Source of the DNA: Spirochaetia bacterium
Lineage (GTDB): Bacteria; Spirochaetota; Spirochaetia; Sphaerochaetales; Sphaerochaetaceae
Length of the DNA stretch: 64,000 nt
Assembly (NCBI GenBank): GCA_900769955.1
Contig: CAAGIP010000211.1
Span: forward strand, 252 to 64,251
Direction of reading: 5' to 3'
The notes beneath the pieces are model-generated. The model was not told where the DNA came from, did not search any database, and saw nothing but the letters and a program-made list of their open reading frames with translations. The translations under genes were made by a program, and so were the position numbers. How positions within the stretch are numbered: position 1 is the first letter of the stretch; every line of letters begins with the position of its first letter. Shown here in pieces: positions 41,750-50,983 of this stretch.

Positions 41750-42508
41750 ATGAGAAGACCTTATATCGCAGGTAACTGGAAAATGAACATGACTCCCTCT
41801 GCAGGTGCTGCTTTCGCAGCATCTCTCAGGGCTGCCGCAGAAGAGGCAGGTGCAGATGTAAAGATGATGGTTGCACCCCCATTCGTAACCATCCCCGCAG
41901 TTGCAGAAGTTCTTAAGGGAAGCAATATCATCGTTGCAGCTCAGAACATGGCTGACCACACATCAGGCGCCTACACCGGCGAGGTTGCTCCCGCAATGCT
42001 CAAGGATCTTGGAGTCAACACCGTAATCCTCGGACACAGCGAGAGAAGAAGCTACTATGGTGAAACAGATGCATACATCAACGGCAAGGTCCGCCTTGCA
42101 ATCGCTGAAGGCATGGATGTCGTTCTCTGCGTAGGTGAGACACTCGCTGAAAGGGAAGGCGGCAAGCTTGAGGAAGTTCTTTCCACACAGCTCTCAGGCG
42201 GCCTTAAGGACGTCACTGCCGAAGAGATGAGCCATATCACAGTGGCATACGAGCCTGTCTGGGCAATCGGTACCGGAAAGACCGCAACACCAGAGGATGC
42301 TGATGCAGCACATGCCTTCATCAGGGATTTTGTTGGAAAAATGTATGACTCTGCTATTGCAGAAAATCTGATTATACAGTATGGTGGTTCTGTTAATGCT
42401 TCAAATGTTAAGGCATTAATGGCTAAGGAAAACATCGACGGTGCACTGGTCGGCGGCGCATCACTCTCCGTTGAAAAGTTCCTTCCGATCATCACATTCA
42501 ATAAGTAA
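41750..42508 (+). CDS. tpiA: Triosephosphate isomerase
   Basis: AGNWKMN, GHSERR, AYEPVWAIGTG, YGGSV; start ATG 41750. Confidence 0.97.
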   Translation: MRRPYIAGNWKMNMTPSAGAAFAASLRAAAEEAGADVKMMVAPPFVTIPAVAEVLKGSNIIVAAQNMADHTSGAYTGEVAPAMLKDLGVNTVILGHSERRSYYGETDAYINGKVRLAIAEGMDVVLCVGETLAEREGGKLEEVLSTQLSGGLKDVTAEEMSHITVAYEPVWAIGTGKTATPEDADAAHAFIRDFVGKMYDSAIAENLIIQYGGSVNASNVKALMAKENIDGALVGGASLSVEKFLPIITFNK

Positions 42509-42525
42509 GATACTGGAGTTATAAT

Positions 42526-42843
42526 ATGGGTGTTTTCGGCATAATTTTACTGGTGTTGTTCGTACTCGTTGCTATTGCCCTGATCTTCCTGGTTGCAATC
42601 CAGGATGAATCAAGCGGACTTTCCGGAGTGTTCGGCGGTTCTTCCGACTCAACCTTCGGCAGTGGCTCATCAAAGTTCATAAACAAGGTCACAACGATCC
42701 TTGCAGTGGCTTTCATGGTACTGGCACTCTGTGTTGCACTTGTTGCAAAGAGCGGTAAGAGCAGTGATTCAATTCTTGATGCAGCTGCTTCATCCAACAG
42801 CACCTGGTATCAGGATGCGGCTACCCAGAACAGCGCAAACTGA
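42526..42843 (+). CDS. secG: Preprotein translocase subunit SecG
   Basis: Two TMs flanking GLSGVFGG; follows tpiA. Confidence 0.92.
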   Translation: MGVFGIILLVLFVLVAIALIFLVAIQDESSGLSGVFGGSSDSTFGSGSSKFINKVTTILAVAFMVLALCVALVAKSGKSSDSILDAAASSNSTWYQDAATQNSAN

Positions 42844-42860
42844 TCATGATCTGACATGAT

Positions 42861-42898
42861 AAAGCCGACCCAAGGCAAAGCTTTGTGGTCGGTTTTTT
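42861..42898 (+). terminator. Intrinsic terminator after secG
   Basis: AAAGCCGACC...GGTCGGTTTTTT. Confidence 0.75.
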
Positions 42899-42928
42899 AC
42901 ATTTCTGTTCAGATCATCATAGGAGGTA

Positions 42929-43357
42929 ATGATGCAGGCATGTATCGTAATCGGGGGAAAGACAAGGGATGATAAGGCTCTGGATGAAGTCGCAAAGGCA
43001 CTGGCAAAGGGACTTGAGAGCCAGGGACACAGTGTGGATATCATCAATATCCATACAGACGGCGACAAAAAGCTTTCATTCTATGATTATGTCGTAGTGG
43101 GAACAACGGCACTTACATCGTTCGGGGGCACGATTCCCGAACAGGTTACCGCGTACCTGAAAAGGGCAGGACAGGTTTCCGGAAAGAGGTGTCTTGCTTT
43201 CGTCACGAAAGCCGGTTTACGCAGCCAGAAAACATTGTTATCTTTGATGAAGGCCATGGAAGGCGAGGGTATGTACCTCAAATACTCCGAAGTCTTCAGA
43301 AAACCCGGAGAGGCTTTGGCACTCGGAAAAAGACTGAATATCGAAAGGAATTTCTAA
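42929..43357 (+). CDS. Flavodoxin-fold hypothetical protein
   Basis: VAKALAKGLESQGHSVDII, YDYVVVGT, GKRCLAFV; no canonical FMN phosphate loop. Confidence 0.65.
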   Translation: MMQACIVIGGKTRDDKALDEVAKALAKGLESQGHSVDIINIHTDGDKKLSFYDYVVVGTTALTSFGGTIPEQVTAYLKRAGQVSGKRCLAFVTKAGLRSQKTLLSLMKAMEGEGMYLKYSEVFRKPGEALALGKRLNIERNF

Positions 43358-44376
43358 TGAAAAAGATCATCACAGTACTTCTCTTGATCGGAATGTCACT
43401 GTCCGTCTTAAGTGCGGCAGCGATCTCATCATCACCGGCTGCTACAGTCAATCTTATCAGAAATACACGTATAACCGTCGATCAGCTCAATGCAAAGATA
43501 GCTGAACTCGGCGCTACTCAGGATCAGGCACTTGATGTTCTCAACATCATGATCAACGATGAAGTTTTTCTTCAGGGTGCCGAACGTGACGGCATCACAG
43601 TCAGTGATACTCAGAAAAACGCACTTTATTCCCAGATGAAGGCACAGATCGAACAGGCCAACGGGGTTACTCTTACTCAGGCTGAATTCGATCAATTAGC
43701 AATTGAACAGTATGGTTCCGTAGAAGCATACAAGGAGTATCTTGCACAGAACTACATAGTCCAGGCATACCTGGCACAGGAGAAGGGTGAGGAACTTGGC
43801 AATAAGAACTTCAACCCGACAGACACTGAGGTCAATACCTATTACAGAAGGAACAGGACAAGTTTTACACAGGCTGAGAATGTCTACTTTGCACATGTTT
43901 ACAAAGGAAAGACCGGAGACAGTGCAACTGACAGTGCAAACAGCAGACTTCTTCAGAGTGTTGCAGCTGACATAAGAAGCGGTAAGACAACATTTGAAGC
44001 AGCGGTCGCATCATATACGGATGATAAGGAAAGCATTGCAACCGGCGGTGTGATGGGATATCTCTCTAGCGACAACACTACAGTCAGAGAGGGCTGGGGT
44101 GATGACTTTGTTGACAGCGCACTTTCTCTTGATATCGGTGTTCCCACTTATCTTGAAAGCAATACAGGCTATCACATCGTTAAGGTCATCAGCCATAATG
44201 ACGCCAAGATGCTCACACTTGATGACAGAATTGATCCGACACAGAACTACACTGTCAGGGACTACATCACTGAAGGCCTTGCCTATCAGAACTATCAGAG
44301 TGCACTTGCCCAGGCTCTCAATGATCTCATTGCAGAGCTGAGAAGTGAGGCTTCCATCAAAATTCTTTACAAGTAA
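43357..44376 (+). CDS. SurA/PrsA-like parvulin peptidyl-prolyl isomerase chaperone
   Basis: Signal peptide from ATG 43357; helical N-domain; TFEAAVASYTDD..GGVMG..GYHIVKV. Confidence 0.82.
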   Translation: MKKIITVLLLIGMSLSVLSAAAISSSPAATVNLIRNTRITVDQLNAKIAELGATQDQALDVLNIMINDEVFLQGAERDGITVSDTQKNALYSQMKAQIEQANGVTLTQAEFDQLAIEQYGSVEAYKEYLAQNYIVQAYLAQEKGEELGNKNFNPTDTEVNTYYRRNRTSFTQAENVYFAHVYKGKTGDSATDSANSRLLQSVAADIRSGKTTFEAAVASYTDDKESIATGGVMGYLSSDNTTVREGWGDDFVDSALSLDIGVPTYLESNTGYHIVKVISHNDAKMLTLDDRIDPTQNYTVRDYITEGLAYQNYQSALAQALNDLIAELRSEASIKILYK

Positions 44377-44379
44377 TTT

Positions 44380-44826
44380 ATGAGCAGGGAAAATAAATTC
44401 GAAGACAGACATGAGGCACGTGAGCTTGCAGTTGAGACACTCTATGCCCTTGATTTCAATGATGAGCTTTATTCTTCGGCTGATCTGACTCTCCTCCCCG
44501 GTAAAAGCGAGGAGGAGATGAAGGCTATCAGTGAGGATGTGCTCTTCTATTCAAGATATCTTATTTCAGGTGTGCTTTCGCACCGCGATGAGATTGACAC
44601 CATAATCAGCAAATACTCGATTAACAGGCCTCTTGATAAGATCAATTTTGTTGACAGGAACATTCTGAGAATCGCGGTATTCTCAATGCTATATGAAAAG
44701 GATCTCCATCCTTCAATTGTCATCAACGAGGCTGTGAACCTTTCACAGGAAATGAGTACTGACGTTACTTACAAATTCATTAACGGAATGCTCGACAATA
44801 TCAGCAAGAAGGAGATCTCAAGATGA
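44380..44826 (+). CDS. nusB: Transcription antitermination factor NusB
   Basis: RHEARELAVETLY, VDRNILR, INEAVNL, FINGMLD. Confidence 0.95.
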   Translation: MSRENKFEDRHEARELAVETLYALDFNDELYSSADLTLLPGKSEEEMKAISEDVLFYSRYLISGVLSHRDEIDTIISKYSINRPLDKINFVDRNILRIAVFSMLYEKDLHPSIVINEAVNLSQEMSTDVTYKFINGMLDNISKKEISR

Positions 44827-45581
44827 TCCAGCTCAAAAGGGATTATCAGATTGATGGAATCAGAAAGAGCTGCAAACTTCTTGCGGAGTGTCTTCTCCGC
44901 CTTGACGAGATCATAGCTCCCGGTATTTCAACTTACGATATTGACAGATTCTGTTATGACTTCATTAAGCAGCACCATGCCATTCCTTCATGCCTTGGAT
45001 ATGAAGGTTATCCGGCATCTGCATGTGTTTCTCCCAATGAAGTCGTTATCCACGGAATCCCTTCAAAAAAGAAGATCCTTCATGAAGGTGATATCGTATC
45101 TGTTGATTTATGCATCACGCTTGACGGTTATGTCAGCGATTCAACAAGGACATATGAAGTGGGTAAGGTATCTGAGGAAAAGCATAAGCTCAATACTGTA
45201 ACCCGTGAGTCTCTTGATGCCGGTATAGCCGCCGCCTCAAAAAAGGGTGCAAGAATACTTGATGTGGGAGCTGCTGTATTTAAGAAAGCATTTTCAGAAA
45301 ACGGCTACGGGGTTGTCAGGGACTTCACCGGTCATGGTGTAGGCTTTGACCTCCATGAAGAACCTGAGGTCCCCAACTTTGTTGACAGGGCAATGCCCAA
45401 TCCCAGGATCAAGCCGGGACTGGTATTTGCAATCGAACCCATGATCAACATGGGTTCCTGGCAGGTTGATATTCTGAAGGATGGCTGGACAGTCGTCACC
45501 CGCGACGGTAAGCCTGCATGTCACTGGGAACACACTGTGGCAATGACTGAAAACGGACTTGAAGTACTGACCGTACTCTGA
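44823..45581 (+). CDS. map: Methionine aminopeptidase type I
   Basis: NEVVIHGIP, GHGVG..LHEEP, AIEPMIN, HWEHT. Confidence 0.96.
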   Translation: MIQLKRDYQIDGIRKSCKLLAECLLRLDEIIAPGISTYDIDRFCYDFIKQHHAIPSCLGYEGYPASACVSPNEVVIHGIPSKKKILHEGDIVSVDLCITLDGYVSDSTRTYEVGKVSEEKHKLNTVTRESLDAGIAAASKKGARILDVGAAVFKKAFSENGYGVVRDFTGHGVGFDLHEEPEVPNFVDRAMPNPRIKPGLVFAIEPMINMGSWQVDILKDGWTVVTRDGKPACHWEHTVAMTENGLEVLTVL

Positions 45582-45591
45582 GGAGGAATAT

Positions 45592-46209
45592 ATGGCAAAA
45601 GAATTCATCACGTGCGACATGATAAGGGATGCAGCCCTCAAGCTTGTCTGGAAAATGTATAAGGAGGACGGCTTCGTTCCCGATATCATCTATGATTCAC
45701 TCAGAGGTGGTGCCTATATGGCAAACGTGATGAGTGAGTTCTATAAGCTCCTTGCGCTAAAGGAGGGCAAGACACCCGTCTTCTATGCAGCAGTCGTTGC
45801 CAGAAGCTACTCTGAGGTCAAATGCCATGCTGGACATGTGGATATCGACGGATGGACATATTCTCCGCTGAAACTGACAAAGGGACAGAAAGTTCTGATC
45901 GTCGATGATATTTTCGACACGGGAATGACAGTCAACGCACTTGTCAAAACCGTTATGGATGCAGGTATTCCCAGAGAAGACATCAAAGTTGCGGTTTATG
46001 ACTACAAGGTACCCCTCTACAAGAAGGAAGAGCCTCTGCCCATTCAGCCCGATTACTGGTGCAGGAAACACATTCTCAATTCTCCTGCTGATGAAAGATG
46101 GATCCATTACACATGTCATGAATTCATCGGACTCACTCATGATGAGATCGAGGAAGTTTATAAGGATGAGGAAGTAAGGGAAATCCTTCACACCATTCTT
46201 GAGAAATAA
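45592..46209 (+). CDS. Type I phosphoribosyltransferase, substrate unknown
   Basis: LRGG loop and PRPP motif VLIVDDIFDTGMT. Confidence 0.85.
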   Translation: MAKEFITCDMIRDAALKLVWKMYKEDGFVPDIIYDSLRGGAYMANVMSEFYKLLALKEGKTPVFYAAVVARSYSEVKCHAGHVDIDGWTYSPLKLTKGQKVLIVDDIFDTGMTVNALVKTVMDAGIPREDIKVAVYDYKVPLYKKEEPLPIQPDYWCRKHILNSPADERWIHYTCHEFIGLTHDEIEEVYKDEEVREILHTILEK

Positions 46210-46214
46210 CCCTA

Positions 46215-46296
46215 AATACCCCTGATTCAGTTCAGGGGTATTATTTTACAGTTTCACAGACAAATAAAAACCGGTCACCCGAAAAGATGACCGGTT
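46215..46296. terminator. Two terminator hairpins between convergent units
   Basis: AATACCCCTGA...TCAGGGGTATT for the plus strand and AAAAACCGGTCA...TGACCGGTT for the minus strand. Confidence 0.75.
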
Positions 46297-46315
46297 GATT
46301 GCAATTTAATCGACT

Positions 46316-47341
46316 TCAGTTAATCGTAACACTGTGATCGCTGTTGATCGTTAATGTGAAGAATCCGTTGTTTGAAGTACAGACCCTGTAATGTGTGTCA
46401 TCAATCCTGTAGTAGCCAACGATAGCGACATTGCTGATCTTGGATATTGTATTGGATGAAGTTTCTCCGTCATTAAGATTCATTCTGTATAATGATGATG
46501 ACTTATCAAATGCATAATAAAGATATCCGTCTTCAACAAATGATGCAAAGTTCCTGCTGATCTTCGATCCAACAACATTACCTACCTTATGTGCGGCAGT
46601 ATCTGTAATTCTGTAAGCGGCAGATGAATTGTCTGATGAGAAAGATGCTATAATTGATGTGTCGCTTTCTTTTGCCACTGATCTGATAGTTCCGGGATTA
46701 TCGAGCCCTGTGATCAGCGTCAGTGAGGTACCATCAAAAAGATAGTAAAGGAGCGTTGATGTTGCAGGAGTCTCGGAGGATGCATCACTTGTAAAGACGA
46801 AGATATTATCCATTCTCGTTACAAAGCGCTTTGCTTCTACGCCCGGAGCAGAACAGATTTCAATAAAGGATAGCGTTTCGCCTGAAAGAACTGCACCATA
46901 GACATTGCCATTCGCATCATGCGCATATTTATCCCAGCTGCCGGTAAGTGCAGGAACATTTCTTACAGTAAGTGTTTTTGTGGATTTATCGGAAGGATCA
47001 CAGAGATAGAAGCCCGTGAATTCAACCTTATCCTGATTAGCCTTTGTAACTCCATACACGATTTTATCATCAATCATGAAGGATATGCTGATCTTACGTG
47101 CATTGGCTGAATCATCGAGAGTTTCATAACTGCTGTTTGCAATGTCATAAGCCTCGATACCATGAACACTGGAGAAATAAAGAGTCTTTTCATCTGATGA
47201 AAGTCCGATGGCACTGAGCTTCCTGTTATCGGATGGAGTCCTGTCGATTACTTCGGCAAAGACACCCTGGTTATCAAGATTGCAGGAAGTGAAGAGGGCA
47301 AGTACCGCAATGGTGATGATGATTATCTTTTTCATTTCCAT
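46316..47341 (-). CDS. Lipoprotein, probable beta-propeller
   Basis: Lipobox LFTSC; repeated blade-like beta segments (EKTLYFS, DGYLYYA, SSLYRMNLNDG); SD AGGAGG. Confidence 0.7.
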   Translation of the reverse strand: MEMKKIIIITIAVLALFTSCNLDNQGVFAEVIDRTPSDNRKLSAIGLSSDEKTLYFSSVHGIEAYDIANSSYETLDDSANARKISISFMIDDKIVYGVTKANQDKVEFTGFYLCDPSDKSTKTLTVRNVPALTGSWDKYAHDANGNVYGAVLSGETLSFIEICSAPGVEAKRFVTRMDNIFVFTSDASSETPATSTLLYYLFDGTSLTLITGLDNPGTIRSVAKESDTSIIASFSSDNSSAAYRITDTAAHKVGNVVGSKISRNFASFVEDGYLYYAFDKSSSLYRMNLNDGETSSNTISKISNVAIVGYYRIDDTHYRVCTSNNGFFTLTINSDHSVTIN

Positions 47342-47345
47342 CCTC

Positions 47346-47930
47346 CTACTGTCTGTATGTCACTGCAAGGGTTGCAGGTATGAAGGTTGCGATCGAATTC
47401 TTTGAGCTTGCTGCGGAAGTGTAGTAGATCTCCGGAATAACCCAGATGCCTGAGTTAATTCCAACCCCCCAGTTCTCGGTGAAGTAGTACTGCAGACCGA
47501 TTTCAGCAGAAAGATAGAAGGGTAGGTATGAGCCGCCGTCTGAGAGTGACAGATAGGAAAAACCTGCCGCAAGTGAGACGGGGATATCAACAGTTCCCTG
47601 TACGGGGAGCCAGGTAGCCTTGAAGAGCATCGGGACGTTGGTGACGAGCTTTCCGTCAACAACATAATTGAACATGTACCCGATCTCACAGCCGAGTGCA
47701 ATCCGGGGATGTACGTTGATCTGGTAGCAGATCGAACCGTAACCGCCAAGGCTGAGCTTCGTGTCGGCAAACAGCCTTGTCTCATTATCAGCAAATCTCG
47801 TAATGGAAAGTGGCTGGGCAATTCCTGCCGAAATGGTAAAGCGCTGACTGCCGTTATCATAGTATGAAGCGGCAAAAAGAGTGCAGCCGATGACGATCAT
47901 CAGCAGCAATGAAATTATCTTTTTTCTCAT
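47346..47930 (-). CDS. Small outer-membrane beta-barrel, TP0733/OmpW-like
   Basis: Signal peptide from ATG 47930; alternating strands (EIGLQYYFTENWGVGI, WVIPE); adjacent to folD as I recall for Treponema. Confidence 0.72.
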   Translation of the reverse strand: MRKKIISLLLMIVIGCTLFAASYYDNGSQRFTISAGIAQPLSITRFADNETRLFADTKLSLGGYGSICYQINVHPRIALGCEIGYMFNYVVDGKLVTNVPMLFKATWLPVQGTVDIPVSLAAGFSYLSLSDGGSYLPFYLSAEIGLQYYFTENWGVGINSGIWVIPEIYYTSAASSKNSIATFIPATLAVTYRQ

Positions 47931-47937
47931 AAAAGAA

Positions 47938-48005
47938 AATATAATCCATTTAAACGCTCTTATCAAAGGGGGCAGTTGTAAAGAAGCCGAAATTACATGT
48001 AAACT
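47938..48005. promoter_or_regulatory. Divergent, apparently leaderless promoters (barrel gene / folD)
   Basis: Minus: TTGATA(47966-47961)-17-TATATT(47943-47938)-7-ATG. Plus: TTGTAA(47976)-18-TAAACT(48000)-7-ATG 48013. Confidence 0.7.
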
Positions 48006-48012
48006 ACATCTT

Positions 48013-48891
48013 ATGAGTACCATAATAGACGGTAAGAAAGTATCTGAAGCAATCAGGGAAGAGATCAGGCGTGAAAGTACTGAGCTCAGAAAAAAATATG
48101 GACGTGCCCCAAGGCTTGATGTGATTCTGGTCGGATCGGATCCTGCAAGCCAGACTTATGTGGCAACAAAGGCAAAGGCTGCAATTGAAATGGGTTTTGA
48201 TCATCAGGATCACTATCTTCCTGAAGAGACCACGGAAGAAGAATTACTCTCTCTGGTTGAAGAGCTTAATAATGATGATAACGTAAGCGGGATTCTTGTC
48301 CAGCTTCCTCTTCCACGCCATATCAGCGAGGAGAAGGTAATCAATACAATAGATGTGAGAAAGGATGTTGACGGCTTCACTCCTGAAAGTACGGGCCTGC
48401 TTGCTATCGGTGAAGAGTGTCTGACTCCATGCACGCCCCAGGGTATAATCGAGCTGCTGAATTACTATGAAATCCCGACAAAAGGAAAAAAAGTTGCTGT
48501 CCTCGGCAGAAGCAATATTGTGGGAAAACCCATTGCCATGATGCTTATGCAGAAGGGAGTTGACGCAACAGTCACTGTCCTTAACTCCCATACGCCGGAT
48601 GTCAGGGAGTTCACCCTCAATGCCGATATCATCATCGCAGCCGTAGGTATTCCCTTCTATCTGAAAGGAGATATGGTAAGGGAAGGTGCCGTCGTCATCG
48701 ATGTAGGCATCAACAGGGTTCCGGATAAAACCAGAAAGAAGGGCTACAGAGTCGTCGGAGACTGTGCATATGATGAGCTTGCCGATAAGTGCTCATACAT
48801 CACACCTGTACCCGGCGGAGTAGGTCCCATGACGATCACGATGCTGATGGCCAATACGCTCAAGGCCTTCAGATCTTCAGTGGAGGCGTGA
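48013..48891 (+). CDS. folD: Methylenetetrahydrofolate dehydrogenase/cyclohydrolase
   Basis: IIDGK, GILVQLPLP, KDVDG, PCTPQG, GRSNIVGKP, TPVPGGVGPMT. Confidence 0.97.
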   Translation: MSTIIDGKKVSEAIREEIRRESTELRKKYGRAPRLDVILVGSDPASQTYVATKAKAAIEMGFDHQDHYLPEETTEEELLSLVEELNNDDNVSGILVQLPLPRHISEEKVINTIDVRKDVDGFTPESTGLLAIGEECLTPCTPQGIIELLNYYEIPTKGKKVAVLGRSNIVGKPIAMMLMQKGVDATVTVLNSHTPDVREFTLNADIIIAAVGIPFYLKGDMVREGAVVIDVGINRVPDKTRKKGYRVVGDCAYDELADKCSYITPVPGGVGPMTITMLMANTLKAFRSSVEA

Positions 48892-50168
48892 TGAAATATT
48901 TCATTGAATCCTACGGCTGTCAGCTCAATATTGCTGAGTCAAATGCCCTTGAGCTATTGCTCAGGGGTGCAGGAATTGAGAAGGCTGAAAAACCTGAAGA
49001 AAGCGACTGCGTTATAATCAACACGTGTTCCGTGAGAAAGACTGCAGAGAACAGGATATGGGGCAGGCTTTCATTTTACGGAACCATCAAGCGCAGAAGA
49101 AAGGACTATAAGATCATAGTGACCGGCTGTATGGCAGAGCGCCTCGGAGATGAACTGAAGAAGGAATGTGCCTTTGTCGATGCCGTCATCGGCACGAACT
49201 CAAAGATGGACATCGTCGATCTGCTCTCTTCAGGTAAGACTGAGGAACATGATGGATATTCATTTACTGCTTCTTACTACAAAGAGGGTGAATTCTCATC
49301 TTATGTACCGATCATGAACGGATGCAACAACTTCTGTTCATACTGCATTGTACCTTATGTAAGGGGCAGGGAAGTCTCACGTCCCGTTGATGATGTAATT
49401 TCAGAAGTGAGACGTCTTGACTCTCTCGGAGTCAGGGAGATCACCCTGCTCGGACAGAACGTGAATTCCTACTCATATGAAGGAATTAATTTCCCAGAAC
49501 TGTTGAAAAAGGTCACGGGGGAGCTTAGCAGCATTGAATTCGTCAGATTCGAGTCTCCCCATCCGAAAGATTTCTCACCTGAGCTGATCCGCGTGATAAG
49601 GGATGAGGAAAGAGTGTGTTCACACATTCACCTTCCGATGCAGAGCGGTTCATCGAGGATTCTTAAGCTCATGAACAGGAAGAATACCAGAGAATCCTTC
49701 ATTGAACTTGTAGACCGCATGAGGGAAGAAATTCCTGATCTGACTTTTGCAACTGACGTAATGGTCGGCTTTCCTTCTGAAAGTGAGGAAGAATATCTTG
49801 AGACTCTTTCTCTCATGGATTACATGCATCCGATCGAAGCCTTCATGTACTACTGGAACCTGAGAGAAGGAACAGCTGCGGCAAAGATGGACGGCCAGCT
49901 TGATGAAGAGGTGAAGATAGCACGTCTTGAAAGACTCATCAGTGAGCAGCTTGTCCGCTGTCAGAAGGAAAAGGAAACAAGGATGCACATGAAAACACGC
50001 GCCCTTGTGACCGGTGTTACTCGTGATGACAGTGACAGATACCTGGCACATAACAGTCATAATGAGATGATAAGCTTCAAACCGAAGAAAAGTGTTAAGC
50101 CCGGTGACATGGTGAATCTTCAGCTTTATGGGCTCAAGGGAAATACATATCTTGCAAATGAGGTGTGA
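48891..50168 (+). CDS. miaB: tRNA-2-methylthio-N6-dimethylallyladenosine synthase
   Basis: YGCQLN, NTCSVRKTAE, GCMA, radical-SAM CNNFCSYC, LLGQNVNSY, TRAM-like tail. Confidence 0.92.
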   Translation: MKYFIESYGCQLNIAESNALELLLRGAGIEKAEKPEESDCVIINTCSVRKTAENRIWGRLSFYGTIKRRRKDYKIIVTGCMAERLGDELKKECAFVDAVIGTNSKMDIVDLLSSGKTEEHDGYSFTASYYKEGEFSSYVPIMNGCNNFCSYCIVPYVRGREVSRPVDDVISEVRRLDSLGVREITLLGQNVNSYSYEGINFPELLKKVTGELSSIEFVRFESPHPKDFSPELIRVIRDEERVCSHIHLPMQSGSSRILKLMNRKNTRESFIELVDRMREEIPDLTFATDVMVGFPSESEEEYLETLSLMDYMHPIEAFMYYWNLREGTAAAKMDGQLDEEVKIARLERLISEQLVRCQKEKETRMHMKTRALVTGVTRDDSDRYLAHNSHNEMISFKPKKSVKPGDMVNLQLYGLKGNTYLANEV

Positions 50169-50171
50169 GTA

Positions 50172-50969
50172 ATGGGTGAATACAGGGAGAACGATAAGGT
50201 TTTTGAGGAAAAGTTTGAAAGGCTTTGGTCACTGCTTATGACATCGAAGAAGATTGAAGTCTTTACCGGTGCCGGAGTATCGACACTATCGGGCATTCCT
50301 GATTTCAGGGGTAAGCACGGTGTCTACAACTCTCCCTGGCAGGGACTTCCCGTTGAGACCATTCTCTCACTTGATTACTTTTACGAAAAGCCGGATGTTT
50401 TCTACCAGTGGACCGAGGAGGTGTGGTACAGGCTTGAAAACTACGAGCCGAACATAGTTCACACCACACTTGCACTCATGGAGAAAAGGGGATTGCTGAA
50501 GGATGGTGTCTTCACCCAGAACATCGACTTTCTACACCAGAGAGCCGGAAGCAGAAAGGTTTATGAACTTCATGGATCCGCACGCCACTCACTCTGTACT
50601 GAGTGTAATGCATTCTTTGACTATGAGAAGATAGCACCGATTGTGCGGAGAGGGGAGGTTCCCAGATGTCCAAACTGCGGAGGCCTGATAAAACCCGATA
50701 TCGTGCTATATGGAGAGTGTCTGCCAGGACCAGTACTGAAGAAGGCGGAAATTGCCTTCTCACAGGCAGACCTGACTCTGATTCTAGGCTCCTCTCTTAC
50801 AGTATATCCTGCGGCGTCACTTCCCAAACTCACTTCATATTACGGAGGTAAGGTTGTGATAGTAAATGCTGATCCGACGGACCAGGATAAAAATGCAGAG
50901 CTTATCTTCCGTGATCTTGATCAGACTTTCAGCGCGATAAATGAAGCACTTAATTCCATAAAAAAATAA
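50172..50969 (+). CDS. cobB: Sir2-family NAD-dependent deacylase
   Basis: GAGVSTLSGIPDFRG, TQNID, ELHGS, two CxxC pairs, GSSLTVYPAA. Confidence 0.92.
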   Translation: MGEYRENDKVFEEKFERLWSLLMTSKKIEVFTGAGVSTLSGIPDFRGKHGVYNSPWQGLPVETILSLDYFYEKPDVFYQWTEEVWYRLENYEPNIVHTTLALMEKRGLLKDGVFTQNIDFLHQRAGSRKVYELHGSARHSLCTECNAFFDYEKIAPIVRRGEVPRCPNCGGLIKPDIVLYGECLPGPVLKKAEIAFSQADLTLILGSSLTVYPAASLPKLTSYYGGKVVIVNADPTDQDKNAELIFRDLDQTFSAINEALNSIKK

Positions 50970-50983
50970 AAAGGAGAATCAGA

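Noticed and set aside
47360..47875. 171-aa same-strand alternate-frame ORF inside the barrel gene
   Set aside because: Ser/Arg/Pro-rich composition typical of off-frame translation; no initiation signal.
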